A stretch of 63,789 bases of DNA, the filler included, from Kipferlia bialata (lineage: Eukaryota): NCBI GenBank assembly GCA_003568945.1. It is 6 parts of 6 records of this genome, joined end to end, with 100 filler letters (N's around TTAATTAATTAA, not from the genome) between each part and the next. Parts side by side here need not be neighbours in the genome. Positions count along the whole stretch, not along the records: positions 59,549 to 63,789 come from BDIP01000998.1; 5 more parts are not named here. One strand, 5' to 3'. Both the position numbers and the translations under genes were made by a program. The notes under the pieces were generated by a model. That model saw nothing but the letters and a program-made list of their open reading frames with translations, had not been told where the DNA came from and did not search any database. Below, piece by piece: positions 63,735 through 63,789 of the stretch (position 1 is its first letter; every line of letters begins with the position of its first letter).

Positions 63735-63789
<55 letters not shown>

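Overview
Eukaryotic, very intron-dense DNA. The window is six unrelated contigs joined by artificial 100-nt N/TTAATTAATTAA/N linkers. Intron style (GT...CT(A/G/C)AC-CCC-(C)AG, (CT)n/(TA)n/poly-C filler) and a kelch-like family suggest a free-living fornicate such as Kipferlia; this is my inference and was not checked. Host genes spliced by hand: a head-to-head pair of secreted paralogs, a Get4-like gene, a multipass (possibly BI-1-like) membrane protein, a Wee1/Myt1 kinase, a 23-intron bacterial-type flavo/Fe-S oxidoreductase fusion, Vps23/TSG101 (partial), an SGNH hydrolase, midasin (AAA D1 end to D5), kelch-like genes and IFT80. Contig 2 is mostly one intact Helitron-type element. It has a 2460-aa intronless ORF (hydrophobic leader, clan-CE/Ulp1 protease, Zn finger, HUH Rep, PIF1 helicase), an RPA-like OB-fold gene, an orphan 3-exon gene, and arrays of a palindromic ~17-18-bp unit around the genes. 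Highlights: an 18-nt GT..AG insert splitting the Rep YxxKY motif, the palindrome arrays, the operon-to-single-gene oxidoreductase fusion, and pervasive splice-junction 'echo' duplications inside introns.
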